From contig NW_026515688.1 of the NCBI RefSeq assembly GCF_025526975.1, forward strand, positions 496,001-559,607: a stretch of DNA of 63,607 nt. Reading direction: 5' to 3'. The notes under the pieces were generated by a model. The model made no database searches and was not told where the DNA came from. It was given only the letters and a program-made list of their open reading frames with translations. Shown piece after piece: positions 49,730 to 62,989 of this stretch; positions within the stretch are counted from its first letter, which is position 1, and each line of letters starts with the position of its first letter. The translations under genes were made by a program, and so were the position numbers. The DNA comes from Fimicolochytrium jonesii. Its lineage: Eukaryota.

Positions 49730-52700
49730 ATGGTAGCCGTCGCCGCTTCGTCTCCTGGCCTCCAGGACCAGTCGAAGCTACTAGAGGAAGCTATCGCCAT
49801 TGTCAAAGTTCAAGCGTTTCATATGAAACGGACGTTGGTAAGGATGAGTCTTTGCTGAACGCCATTCCGCTTTGGTACTCCTACTGACACCTGATGGTAG
49901 GACGCACACAAGCTCATGGATGCTCTGAAGCACTGCTCAACTATGCTGGCCGAGCTGAGAACGTCTTCGCTGACTCCGAAGAACTACTACGAGCTCTGTG
50001 AGTTTGCGCTTCTGGTTTGCCGGATACTATAGCATACCAACCGTCGGGCACACCTTTCTCCAGATATGGCGATCTTTGACGAGCTGAGACATCTCAACAC
50101 CTACCTTTACGATGCGCACATGAGCCATCGCCATCACCTATCCGACCTTTATGAGTTGGTTCAATATGCGGGCAACATCGTGCCAAGACTATACTTGATG
50201 ATCACGGTTGGATCAGTGTACATGAGAGTCTCGAAGGAACTCATCCCGCAAGGATCTTTCGCAAATGGCGAAAACAATAATTTGTCAACCGAAAATGGAG
50301 AAGGGGAGGATGGCCATAAAGCGGTGGATCAGGAAGATGTACCGCCCATCAAGGAGCTCATGAAGGACATGTTGGAGATGTCTCGTGGGGTTCAACACCC
50401 GACACGCGGCCTGTTCCTGAGATACTACCTCAGTGGAATGACTCGAGACTTCTTGCCAGACGGCTTGGTGGATGGACCGCATGGAACAATCCACGATTCC
50501 ATTCAATTCATCCTGCAAAACTTCATTGAGATGAACAAGCTCTGGGTCCGTCTACAGCACCAGGGCCACAGCAGGGAGAGGGAAAAGCGGGAGCAAGAAC
50601 GGAAGGAGTTGCGACTCCTGGTTGGATCCAGTCTGGTCCGTCTGAGTCAGCTGGAGGCCCTGGATCTGGAGACTTACAAGACCCTCGTCTTGCCCAGTAT
50701 CCTTGAAGAAATCGTGAGCTGCAAAGATGTCATTGCTCAGGAGTACCTCATGGAGGTCATCATTCAAGTGTTTCAAGACGACTTTCATTTGCGAACCTTG
50801 GACGCTTTCCTGTCGGCGACGGCACAACTCCAACGGAGCGTTAACGTCAAGCAAATCGTTATCAGCCTTATTGACCGGTTTGCTAGCTACGCTGCCCGAG
50901 CCCGCGACGAGTCTGCCGAAGAGAAGCCCGATAATACGGAAGAGAAGACGGGCACCCCAAGCGGCATCCCAGAAGATGTTCAACTCTTCGATGTCTTCTG
51001 GCGGCAGATCACCGATTTGATCAAGGCGCGGCCCGAGTTTACGATCCAGGATGTGGTGGCGCTCCTCGTGTCGCTATGCAATCTTTCGCTGAATTGCTAT
51101 CCAGAACAGTTGGACTACGTGGACAAGGTCTTGGGATACACGAAAGAGAAGGTGGTGGAGGCCCAAACCGCGAAATCGTGAGTAATTCTCGATCATCAAG
51201 GATGGCTGTCATGGGATGCCAGAACTTACCTGTTTATTGCAGACCAGAGCTTCGCAACAGCAAAACTGTGTCATCGCTCCTACAGTTGCTTCTCGGACCG
51301 ATTCAGGCGTATCACTCGAATGTGTTGACCATCCTTCAGTTCCCGTCGAGCGTCACGCAGCACGACGGAGCGGGATCGTCTTTAGCGTTAGCAGGGAATT
51401 ACGCAGATTTGCTGTTCCTCCAGCCTTACTCCACGAGGCGTCAGGTTGCTCACGCATTTGCTTCCACCGCACTACGAGCATTCAACACCTCCGGTTTTAT
51501 AATCGATTCGGAAGAAGGTGTCAATGCGGTGTTTGGGGAGGTCTGCAGTGTCATGGTGCGGGAGCAGAACGATGGTGGGCTATTTGGACCCAAAAGCATG
51601 CAAGTTGACGAAGAGCGAGGGCCCAAGTATGCTGGGCGGCAGACCGATGAGGAGCTCCCTCTGGATTGGGAAGACGTCCTCGAGGAGCAGAACATGATAG
51701 CTAAGCTGGTGCATCTGGTCAAGACGAGAACGGGAAATGCCGAGAAGGAATTTGCGGTAAGATTTTCGGTCTCTCACACGTTGATTGGGTTTGCCGCAGT
51801 CACTGACAAAATCTCGATTACAGCTGCTCTCAACCGCGCGCAAGCACTTCGGAGAAGGCGGCGACATCCGTATCCGTTTTACCCTACCTCCGCTGATAAT
51901 AGCGTTGATTCGTTTGGGTCGCAAATACAGGACAGGAAACGAAGAGGTAGGAATCTGACCTTTCTGAGGGCTCTTTTTTGGCTGAGTAGAATGCTAACAG
52001 GACGTGTCGGGGCAGGAGGACGAGGCAGCAAGCGAAAAGCTTTCTTTTCTTTTCAAGTTCATTCACCAAACTATCTCATCCATGTCGAAAGCCCGGGAGC
52101 ACTTTGGTGATGACTACGATGCAGACTCCCTATTCAAGGACGACAACCCAGGGCCATCGAACTCATCGAAGATTGGTTCTGGTCTCATGGCGCCTCCAGA
52201 AATGTCCTTGCGTCTGAACCTCATGGCGGCCACTGCCGCGGACGAAGCTGGGTTTGAGGAGCTCAGCTATGAATTTTTCGTGCAAGCGTTCACAGTCTAT
52301 GAGGAATCGATCTCGGAATCCAAGGCACAACTCCTAGCCATCACGCTGATCATAGGGTCGCTTTACTCAACCAGCGTGTTCGGGTATGAGAACTACGAGA
52401 CTCTTATCACAAAAGCCGCCGTTCACTGCTCCCGATTGCTCAAGCGGGTCGATCAATGCCGCGCTCTCATGTTGGTCAGTCACTTGTTCTGGGGAGATGA
52501 CACAAAGCCCAGGGATGATACGAAGCCAGTGTATCGCGACGGACGCAGGGTGATGGAGTGCCTGCAAAAAGCCCTGAAGATTGCCGACACGGTAATGGAG
52601 AAGAACCTCAACGTCGAGTTGTTTGTCGAAGTCCTGGAACGTTATGTGTGGTACTTCGAGAAGCGCAACAATGCGGTAAGTACCTTCTACTGGTCATGAC

Positions 52701-53121
52701 CGCACTTTTGCGTTACAATGTAGCTTATCAAATTGTGTCTCAGGTTACCGTCAAGTACCTCAACTCCATCATCGACCTGATACAAACCAACCTGTCGAGC
52801 ATCGATGCCGCGCGATCCGACGTCCCGTCCCTGAGTCGGGCTACCTCATATGCCCCCGGACCTCTCTCCCCAGCGGGAAGCACAGGGTCTCTCTTCGACG
52901 ACGACGCCACTCGGAATAAGCTCTCCGAGTCAGTCCTTAAACACTACCAGAACGTCATGGAGTATCTGAAAGCAAAGAAGGACGAAGACATTGATGCTGG
53001 AGGTGGCGGTGGCCAGCAGCACGTCGCTGGCGTTCCCGAAGGCATGGGTAGCGCGTTCGCTGATACGGAGGTTCGGGGTCAAGGAAGTTGGAGAGACGTG
53101 ACCATTGCGACCACGAGGTGA
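49730..53121 (+). CDS. VPS35: Retromer subunit VPS35, multi-exon
   Basis: [69 protein letters not shown]. Confidence 0.97.
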
Positions 53122-53326
53122 TCGAGGCCCGGCTCTAGAAACCTATACTGGCCAATTTGTACATTCATTTTTTGTCGTATCATCGCGTATGTACCATTGT
53201 TCACCTTAAAATCGAAGGTGCTTCAATACGCCATAATTCTGCTGCTACTTCTCGTCACTCCTTCACCATGATACATCATTTCTCTATCGAACTATCCTAA
53301 ACCCGTTCCCAAATATGACTGAGTAC

Positions 53327-54748
53327 TCAGGCGATCAGCTCTTTGATCGCGTCCTCGGTGTCCTCCCAAACATTCTTCCAGAAATTGTCCTCGTAACAGT
53401 TGGCGAAGGCCTCGGGATCGCTATTGATCTTCGTAGGCGGGGCGAGCCAATAATTTAAGGCAACATGCAGTGGCACCTCCCCCTTCTTGTTCGTCTGCTC
53501 ACTCCTCGACGCCACCTCATGGAACCATCCAACCGGTAAATAGAGGGCTTCACCGGCCTCGAGAGTGAACGTAATCTTTGCGGCACCTTCCAAAAGGGGA
53601 AACTCGCTCAATTTGTCTCCGTCAGCCGCTCCTGCATGAAGAGCCGCATTTGGAATTCTCGAAAAAGATGCGGGAGGGGTATCCACATCTGCGGGGGTGG
53701 GCGAAGACGACTGTGTTGTCCTTGATTTTTTGGTCGCGGAACTGGAGAGCGATGAGGAAGCCGACCGCTTATTGCCGGGTTGTGTAACTGTTTGCTCTTC
53801 CTCGGCGTCTTCGCTCTCGGCCCCGCTCTCCTCGCTATTTTCATCTTCTAATAATAAATCACCATCATCGTCGCTATCTGTGTCACCCGACTCGCCGCCT
53901 CCGACTGCCAGGAGCTCCTTCATAGCTTCTTCCAGTCTCAGCTCAGCTTCGGCCAGACCCTGTCCATCGTTCTCTTCAGCAATCACGACATCCTGCTCAG
54001 CTTTCTGCACTTTCCATGCGGCGACGTCCATAGAGTCGGCGCCGTCGTCTCGTACGCGATTTGTGTAATGGATGTACCCATTCTTTCCGACCCTCTCAAT
54101 GATTCCGTATGTGTAGAGCTTTTCGGTATCCTTCGGCGAGAACACTGTGAATTTTTTGGTACCTTTCAAGAGAAGGTAAAGGTTGTCCTGGAAATCGTGA
54201 TGGAGGGTGGACGATGTGAAATTCTTCGCCGAGCCAACCCACAAATTCATCGTCTGCGGAATCAGAGGTCCAAGAATCGGTTGCCTCAGAGGTATATCTT
54301 TCAGGAGGGCCGGGAGTGGATTGGGCGCAAAATCACTGATGTCAGGATCCTGATTGTCAGAGTTCAAGTCACTATCGCCATCACCGTCGAGGTCAGCGGC
54401 GTCGTCGTCCTCCTCATTATATTGCGTTGTTAGATAGAGGCCCTCTTCTCCAGCCTCTATCTTTTCCAAAAACCCTCCAAAAGTCATTTCGATTCGCTTC
54501 GCTCCAGATCCGAAACCACCCGTCTTCAAGTCACGCTTCTCCACCTTGACTTTAGCAGCTCCAGCTGTAGCTTTCAGATACGAAAGTGTCCACTTGGCCT
54601 GAAGAGATGAAGATGGACCGGGGCTGAGGACGACCGGGCTGCGAGTGGTGATGTAGCGTTCAAAGAACTGGCGGGGGGTTATAGTCCTCGGGTCGATCCG
54701 GTCAGGAGTCCACCCTGCGGACGGATGGAAGCCCGCATATTCGTTCAT
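53327..54748 (-). CDS. JmjC/cupin-8 2OG oxygenase (JMJD5/JMJD7-like)
   Basis: NLWVG..STLHHDFQDNLY (HxD), LEAGEALYLPVGWFHEV, VALNYW. Confidence 0.85.
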   Translation of the reverse strand: MNEYAGFHPSAGWTPDRIDPRTITPRQFFERYITTRSPVVLSPGPSSSLQAKWTLSYLKATAGAAKVKVEKRDLKTGGFGSGAKRIEMTFGGFLEKIEAGEEGLYLTTQYNEEDDDAADLDGDGDSDLNSDNQDPDISDFAPNPLPALLKDIPLRQPILGPLIPQTMNLWVGSAKNFTSSTLHHDFQDNLYLLLKGTKKFTVFSPKDTEKLYTYGIIERVGKNGYIHYTNRVRDDGADSMDVAAWKVQKAEQDVVIAEENDGQGLAEAELRLEEAMKELLAVGGGESGDTDSDDDGDLLLEDENSEESGAESEDAEEEQTVTQPGNKRSASSSLSSSATKKSRTTQSSSPTPADVDTPPASFSRIPNAALHAGAADGDKLSEFPLLEGAAKITFTLEAGEALYLPVGWFHEVASRSEQTNKKGEVPLHVALNYWLAPPTKINSDPEAFANCYEDNFWKNVWEDTEDAIKELIA

Positions 54749-55071
54749 GGCTGTGACTGTATACGCAGATGCTACTAGCAGCTTCTACCGGAGATTGGTG
54801 TATTTTACGTCAACCTCAAGCTTAGCTGTCTGGGGAATTCTTTCTCTTACCCGTGCCCCGTAAAAAGCGACAGCGCGCCCTGGCGCGCCGACACCCTGTC
54901 AATGCACAAGCCAGCGCTCCGGCGTTCGTGTTCAACCCAATTTTGCGTAAACTGAGCTTCTACCAGCTTGAGTCAGATTTCTATAGTGAGCGATCGCTCA
55001 TCGTACGCATTTAAACTACATCTGCTGAATGTTCAAGGAGGACAAAAATCGTAACGAGATCAGTCCATATG

Positions 55072-58000
55072 CTACAGTTTGTCTGTGGCTCTTGCCCAGA
55101 ACGACCCCACAATTGCTCTCGAATCGCCCTCAATATCTTCAGCGGATCGCATAGCGGCATTGCCTTGAATAAACGTGGAAAGCTCCATCGATACGCTTTC
55201 GAGGAGAACGAACTCCACCGTGCCATCTTGCGTCACGAGCCGGAGAGACGTGAGGGGATCTCCTGCTCGTGCAGCGTCATCGTTGTTTGGACGGTGTCCG
55301 GGACCATGTCCATTGGCACTTGCTCCGATTTGTGATTCATCACCTGTAATCACACTAAAATTGGTGGTGTCATGGCGCACGACGGCGTTCGCCGTCCGGT
55401 AAACATGCATCTTTGCTATGTCCCGTTCACTCTCTGCCGTTGACTCAACGCAAAGATATCCGCTCACAGCAGTGACGTTCGCGATCTTCCACCGGGCGGC
55501 CCAGTTCCAATTGAACGCATGCGAGCTATTTCCCGAAATCTGCAACGTAGGCACGTTCGAGATGAAGAGCGATTGAATTCGGCGGACAGTGGTTGGAATC
55601 TGCTTTGAAGGCGAGATACCGATTTTCGACACATTGATTGAATTGGGATTGCGCCCACTTGCATTGCCCGCTTCTTGTTGCAAGCGGCGCGCCTTGTCAG
55701 GCGGATTGATTAGCACCACAAACTTTGGCATATATATGCATATCTGGGTCACCGTGGTACCCCCGAGGACGGCAATGCTTCGGAAAAGATAGGCATACTT
55801 GGCAAATGCCTAGTAAAGATATCCGAAAACATATCAGTCGTTGGTGGGAGCCCTATGCACATCACATCAACGCCAAAATGAACCTTACGGTAGTGTAAAC
55901 CAACGGCAAGAACAACGCGCAAGCAGCAACGATATTATAAACCGATATGCCAATCCATTTTGTTTCATTGTATGTCGATACCACCCCTCGAGTCTTGTAG
56001 CTCAGAATCGTGGTCAAAGTAAGCAGGAGGCCATTGAACACAAGCGAAATTATCGTCATCCCGTGCTGGACAGACTCCATGGGTGATACGCAGGCTTGCA
56101 CCGTTTCGAAATCGTTGACAGTCAAAATGGTGGGGACTGGAGTGCTGGCGGTGACCCAGACGACGGAGAGAAGAATTTCTACCAGCACGATGCTGACGAT
56201 GGCAGCCCATTAGAAAGTTGCGCGAATACGAGATATGCCTGAGTAACGAACACTTACAAAGCCACAAATCCAAACAACTGAGAGCTTGGTATTGCTCTCT
56301 CCATCATTTTCGGGTTGTTGAAAACCTTTCAGTGAATGAGATTAGAACAATTCAATGTTGACGCAGGTATTGATAGTCATTCACCTTGTACACACGGAAT
56401 GTCTTCGCACTAAGATTCGCAAAGACGAGACCGAACCCGACATTCAACACGAGCGGTTGAGCTATGCAGATGGCCCTCGTCAGATTCCCAACGTACAGCA
56501 GAGGCGAGACGTCCAACAAGATTAATCCGAGGACGATCAGCATCAACGACTGCCCGCCAGCTCGTTTGATTACGATCTTGTCACGAAAAACGAATACCAG
56601 AGTCATTGACACAGCGTTACTAAGGAGAACGGTCCCTGAAACGATGCTGACGATCAACCCTTGCCCTTCCGCCCAAGTCGGGTTCAGTAGCTTTGAGGCA
56701 GGAAAATCGATGGGGATGACCGGTGAACCCGAGAAGAGCAGCGCGGACGCGTTCAGCGAGACCTGATCGTTCACAAACGTCATTGCATTCGGATATTGAT
56801 AGCCTTTGGCATAAACTTCTCCGTTGAGCTGTGGGAAGAGTACTACTGAACGTTCGAATGTGTTAACGAATCGCTCTACTGTCACGGTTAGAGATTGAAG
56901 ATGAGCCTTAACCATCTCACTCACTCCTCTTCCTTGCGTAGTCCCCGTTATCAAAGAATACGTAAGGACCCTGGAGTCCTTGTCGATTTGTTGTGAAGAT
57001 GGAAATGTTTGCAAGATCGCGCATAGTCGGGAGTGTGTAGTTTGGGTTCGCGAGTACTGCCGTTGTAAGAGAATGGTCGCGAAGGTACTGAGGAAAAATG
57101 GCAATTAGCTTTTGACCTAGATCCTTAGCAAAAGGGAGAACGCACATCGTGATAACCATAGAAAATGGCCATGGCGCAGTCAAATATGCGACTGATGATA
57201 AAAGAGCGGTAATCATGGTAAGAGCTCAGCCATAACCGCTATGGCGGAATACCATCCACTTACTCTTCCGCGATATACTCATTGCCGATGTCACGAGATG
57301 GATCCTCGGTAAGCGCCACTCTCTGATAGTAATCTCGGAATAAATTATATTCCGGCGAGGTGTAGTTCGGATCGGGTACGCCAATAACGTACGTCCCAAC
57401 GCTGTTCGCCGCTTCAACGCCTAGAACTTTTGCAATGCTCTGATCATACGTGTGATAATCGCCCGGGAAATCTATCACCCCTGTGTGGCCCGCAAGATTT
57501 TCGAAGCAGTCAGCAAAGCGGGAAGGCCCCGAAAGGCGTGAGTGTGCGAAGAGTGTATAGTACCATTTGCTGTGATCCATGCATAATCAGGGCCGGTGAG
57601 CCCAAGTTCTCGCGCACGCAGCCAGAGTGGCGTCAATTCATCCTCATACGCTAGTGAAGCAATGTGCAGAGGTACAGGAGATCAGGTCGTTTGCTCAGAA
57701 GTACAGGTGCCGCAAAACGGTGGAAACCTACCGGTAACAACAATGATTCGGCACTTAGATTTGAGGATCGACTGGACGCAACTCTCCAAATCAGAGCCAG
57801 CCCCATTGCCGTTCCATCCTTGGTTCACAACGAGGTCGATGCCGTGCTTCTGTGCGGATGTGATGACCCCTGGACCCCAAGAGCCTCCAAATTGTTGCTG
57901 ACTATATATGTAGGCCACTTTTTTCCATCCCATTTCATTACAGAAATCTATGAGACGGGATCCGAGCACTCGGGTGGAAACTTGCATTCGAAATACGTTC

Positions 58001-58562
58001 CTACAAAAGGAATGGGGTAGCGAGCATGTCCAGCAGGTTTTCTAATGAGAATCTGCATGTGTTCCTCTCTCGAAAGCACCCTTGCACTTACGGGTAGTCA
58101 AAGCGATTCTCAAACGCGGACGTTCCCACGTCAGCCAGGCAATTCGGCAGGTTCCGGCCAGAAGTCACTAATGCTGAAGACGGTGCGAGGGTGGAGGTCT
58201 CGGGCCCAATCATTGCAAATATCCCTCTTTGAACCAAATTGGTTGCCCCAATTACGGCTTGAGCTTTCGTGTCTCCACTATCTTCAGCAACAATGGACAC
58301 GGTGGTGTTTGGCAGGATGTCCGTGCGGTCATTGACAAAACTAAGAGCGTAGATCCTAGTCAGCAAACCATTTCATCCGCTCTAAGAGCACGACATCTTA
58401 CGCGACGGCAGCTTTGAGAGTGCGCAAGGCGACCGCGCCATTTCCTGCGAGATCATTCCAGAGGAAGCCCAACTTCAATTGCGTTGCATCTGCCACAGTA
58501 GGGGATGCAAGACCGAGGAACAGAGCGAATGCGCTCATCATCAACGACGGGAGCCAGGACAT
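55072..58562 (-). CDS. Class C (GABA-B/glutamate-like) GPCR: signal peptide, Venus-flytrap domain, 7TM; many exons
   Basis: LSFVNDRTDILPNTTV, AMIGPETS, MGWKKVAYIY; TM segments ICIAQPLVLNVGFGLVFANLSAKTFRVY, KTRGVVSTYNETKWIG, IYMPKF. Confidence 0.85.
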
Positions 58563-59220
58563 GATTGGGCCCCGCTACGGAATTCCTTTCCGATTACAAT
58601 GTGTCCAACAACCCGAGTGTTGCCCCGACTACGAGAGACTTCACGCAGATTGGCAGGCGTCTATCCCTTACGAGAGACGCAGATTGGTAGCCTCCGCAAA
58701 GTGTCCTTTTGTTGCCGGGTTTCTGGTTCTGCGGTTTTGACTCTTCCAGTCAGTAGGTATTCGTGACCCCGTCTTCCATAAGGATGTCTGGGTATCCGTA
58801 GTACACTCTAAGTGTACACTATACACTATACAATATACACTATACACTATACACTATAAGAAGCACACTATAAATGGGTATGGACTTGAAGCAGGGTCCC
58901 GAGGCCACGTACTGTACAGTACCTAGGGCGGAGTTCGGCCATGACGCGCTGTCGAATTTTGAATTCGCCTCCCCATTGACAGTATGTCCCTTGCCTTCGG
59001 TCCATCTACTACGCACGGAAAAACAATACAGTAGAATGGACACAATAGCTGGCAGAGTGCTCCACGTCCTCAATGTGTTTGTTGGGTATGAACTTGTCGG
59101 TTGTTTCCGTTCAGTCAGGGACACGTACATCAAATTTGATTCATAACTATTCACAATCCTCAACCGCAATAATCCCACCGACAAATGCCTTGGCGGGCCT
59201 TCGCCTATCTTCCAAAACGT

Positions 59221-62200
59221 TTAGCAGCTGATCTGCGACTTCATCGAGATCAAAACGCTCTGCGGAGTTGTCAGGCTCCTTTTGATCTTGTTTCTCTGTG
59301 GAGTGATGGCGTTGGTCGACACAAATGTGAAACGCCGTCTCCTGTCTATGTACTCACCTAGCACGTCAAGGATAGATGACTCTAAATTCATTACCACGTC
59401 CTCACTCATTATTCTTGCTGGCGCAGACGAGCTGGGATGGGAGTCGAGTGAGCCACCGCCCTGACGGAGATGGTACATCAAATTGACTCTTACCACAAGT
59501 TATATAAAGTTTTCAAAGCAGAGATTGCCAGAGGATAGTCGAATCCGTTTAACGAATGAAATATCACCTCTACCAGTCTGTATTAAGCAAAGCCACGCGA
59601 GGTGAGAAAGACGATTTAGATCCCCAGGAAAGACACTTCTTCTGAAGTTGAACTCACTTGTTCAAGCCACCGTTCTCAACAACGATCACAGAGTGTTCGT
59701 CCGTTGACGTTGCTCCAGATCCCAGATTCATCAGACACCCACATACTTGGAGAACAACCTCTCGATCTGTGTGGTCCAGCAGAATCGTCAAGGTTTCCGT
59801 GCCCCTCTTCCGAGCCATTATGGATCGTACGTCGGGATATCGCGACAAGTTGGCGAGAACGCGCGCTGCTTCTACGACCATCTCCGGATTTGGCTGAAGC
59901 AAAAACTTGATCATTTCTGTGGGGATAACGTTGCACAAACGTTGAATCCACAGTAAAGGTTTCGGGGTAAACGATCCCTGTGAGTCGAGCTGTACCTTCC
60001 GCCACATTGATCCTCATCCTCAATATACAGTTCTCGGGAGTATGATAGTATGTGAAATTGGCGACCGCACCAACAATATTCAGGACGAGTTCTGAATGCT
60101 GTGCTACAGGTTTACAATCTGTTAATCACCACGAAGTTCTTGTGGGTTAGCGTTTGGCGGGAAGAATCCTCACGAAGGACAATGTCATACGTAAAAGATG
60201 CACCAGGTCTTCTATTTCAATCATCGCAACAATTGCCTTCCCGGCTTTCTCGTCGATGGCAAGGTTGGCCAATAACCGGATTAGCTATACGCAAAAACGT
60301 CAGGCTGTTAGATGCAGCCTGATTCGGGTGGAAATCTAACTGGCGACTCTACCTTGACCAAAACTTCCTCATTTTCCGGTAGCCCGACGTCTTGCGGATC
60401 ATCCTCATCCGCTTCGTCTGTTTCGGTTCCCAATTCGACCGAAGCATACACTCCAAATAGCGCGACCAAGTCCGCGATTCCGGCGCGCAGATGCGCGTGG
60501 TTCTCCGAGAGTTTGTTCGTCAAGTTGCCCAAAATGAAACATACTCGTGTCAGGAGAGCCTGTGGTTTGCGCTGAGTTAAATGAGTATGACTCGATGTGA
60601 GTCTCGTCACAAGCCCATTTTCAGGCTCAACGCCACCGTACCTTTTCGGCTTGGTACTTGATGAGGATATGGAGGAAGAAGTGTGTGCTCGAGCGTCCGC
60701 CAAGATGTGGTAAGCACTCCGGATGCAGGGATAGTTTGCTGCAAATCAGCAGAAGTTTGAACATTCCTGCGAAACCTTTGCGAGAAGGGGGCATGACGGC
60801 CACGTACATTTACCTCAGGATTCGGCATATGTTCAAGATCACATCTTCGGAGTCGCTCAGACCAGACTCGTTATCCAAAGCTCGAATCAAGATGTTTATC
60901 AGACGCACATCCCTGGTATGGTCCAGAAAAATCTTGCATTGCTCGTGGGAAGTTAACAGGTTGCGCAGCGTTGCGGTCGTCTAAACGTTTTGGAGTCCGC
61001 TAAGCTTTCCGATCACTCCAACGGATGCTTGGGCATATAGAAAGAGCTGTGTTTTACCTGCGTTGTGAGCTGGATAATCACATTATAGACTTCATCGGGT
61101 AGTCCTCGGGGATCGGCTTCCTGTAAATCACTAAGTTGAAAGGCGGCGCTCGAATGGATGCCAATGTAGGAATAGTCACCAGTACCATAATTCCCCATAT
61201 AAGCCCACAGAGTTCGCGCGCCCCACCAAATTCGGATATCCTTTTAGCAATGTCGTCGCTAGCAGAGACATTTCTCAAAGTCCCGACGACTAACAGCATG
61301 AGATTGCATTTCACAGGCGTCAATGAAGAATTTGCTTGATCGCTTGGATAAGCCGTCGTAGCAAGAAATTCAGGGAGGGTGTCTGCGGTATGGGAATCTC
61401 AGTCTGAGCAAACTCGAAACGGGCGCACGACGGATGGGACATCCAGGCTCTTACCCAAGACAGGGAATGACTTGAAAATGGGATCGTTGTGCTCATTTTG
61501 ACTCAATTTATAGAGCAGCTTGCAGGCGTACTTCAAAATCCGTTCGTTGCGTGTGAGCTGAATGCAAGGGTCAGGCTTTGTGCATGTACATACATCCTAT
61601 GGACAATCTGGTATACCTTCAGCACAATGGAGCACCCCGCGACGGCGTTTTCAGGTTTTCCGGTCGAGTTCATCCATTCGATGATGGCCTGCAGCGTATG
61701 CTCCCTCCGCTTGCGGACGTTCTTTCGATCTGCTCCCTGGGAAAACCACCCGTCCGCACTCAGCGCCGCCCATAATGCGTCATAATATGTACGAAAGTCC
61801 GCCTCCGTTGCTTGCAACATATTCCGCAACAAATCCCTAAGGCTGCTCCATTCAGTGTCATTGCCCAAGTCCGGGCCTTCCTGGCAGTCCATATGCGCGG
61901 AAGCCAAATAGTGTTCTGGAGAATTTTGCGAAGGTGTTGGTACAGACACCTGAATCACTTTGTTGAATCAGATGACAGCTTCGTGGAAGTAGATTCGCGC
62001 CCTATCAGGAATTGTCACCTTTCTATGCTCTTCTACTCCGTCGTCAAGGTATTCATCTGGCTGGCAGTCGGCGCCATTGAGGTCCTCGTCCGGACACGTT
62101 ATCGCTGGGATGTCCGTCCCTCCCTCTGATCCAGAACTGCAGATTGGCTGCAGCTTTCGTGGCCATACAGGAGGACCAATGTGTGTCCTTGCAATCAGTA

Positions 62201-62547
62201 CAGATCTTCTAGGAGACCTTCTGCACAAACAACAATCATATGAGTTTTGATGACACAAAATCGTCATTTGCCTAATCCAATCCAGTTCTACTCTCACACC
62301 TCGTCCGTGGAACCTCGTCTCGAACCAAATCGCTTCGCCTCCTCGGATCTGCCATCGGCGTAAACGGCCTAGTCGGGTTTTGGAGTGAGGCGCGTGCCTC
62401 TTCAATCACATCGGATGCAGTCTTCCTCCGTCGCCATACGCGACGGGTTATGGAAAAGTAGCCGTTCTTAGAATGACCGTCCTCGTCATCGTTTGGCCTA
62501 CTCAGACTATCCGGTGGACGACACGAGTGCTGGTTGAGCAGCGCCAT
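59221..62547 (-). CDS. ARMC2: Armadillo-repeat protein ARMC2-like (flagellar), many exons
   Basis: N-terminal KTASDVIEEARASLQNPTRPFTP matches the ARMC2 'SAEIISEAR..RPFTP' motif; ARM repeats (VGTLRNVS, RVCFILGNLT, EAARVLANLSR, VCGCLMNL). Confidence 0.75.
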
Positions 62548-62989
62548 TCTCACCGCGCAAAGTGAGTCCTTGCCGCTTTACAAGCCCACCCTCCTGTGAC
62601 AGCCGAAGGAATTGTCATGCGTCGGCGGGCTCAATGTTCTGGTACCCTACGGTTTCTTGATCGAGTTTGCTGGGACAAACAGCTTGACCCCCAAAAAAAC
62701 CTGTCGGCCCAGGAAAGGAACAGGTGGTCAGAATCTGTGAAGGATTTACTATGACGATTTCGTATGATCGCCTGACTGTGCCGATAATGGTGCTGCAGGC
62801 TGGGAGTTGGCTGGGCGTGGGACGTGGGACTGTGGCCGTCTCGACCTAGAACGGGAACGGGAACGGGACTTGGATCGTGATCGCGCCCGTTGGCCATTAC
62901 GTTTTCGAGAGCTGCTGCCTCGGCGGTGTCTTCGACTTCTGACACGTGACCGAGACCGAACTCGCGACCTAGATAACCAGGGTGCATTG

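Noticed and set aside
58800..58922. (TACACTA)n tract and GTACTGTACAGTAC palindrome as transposon ends or footprints
   Set aside because: No partner terminus or TSD was found; simple-sequence origin is sufficient.
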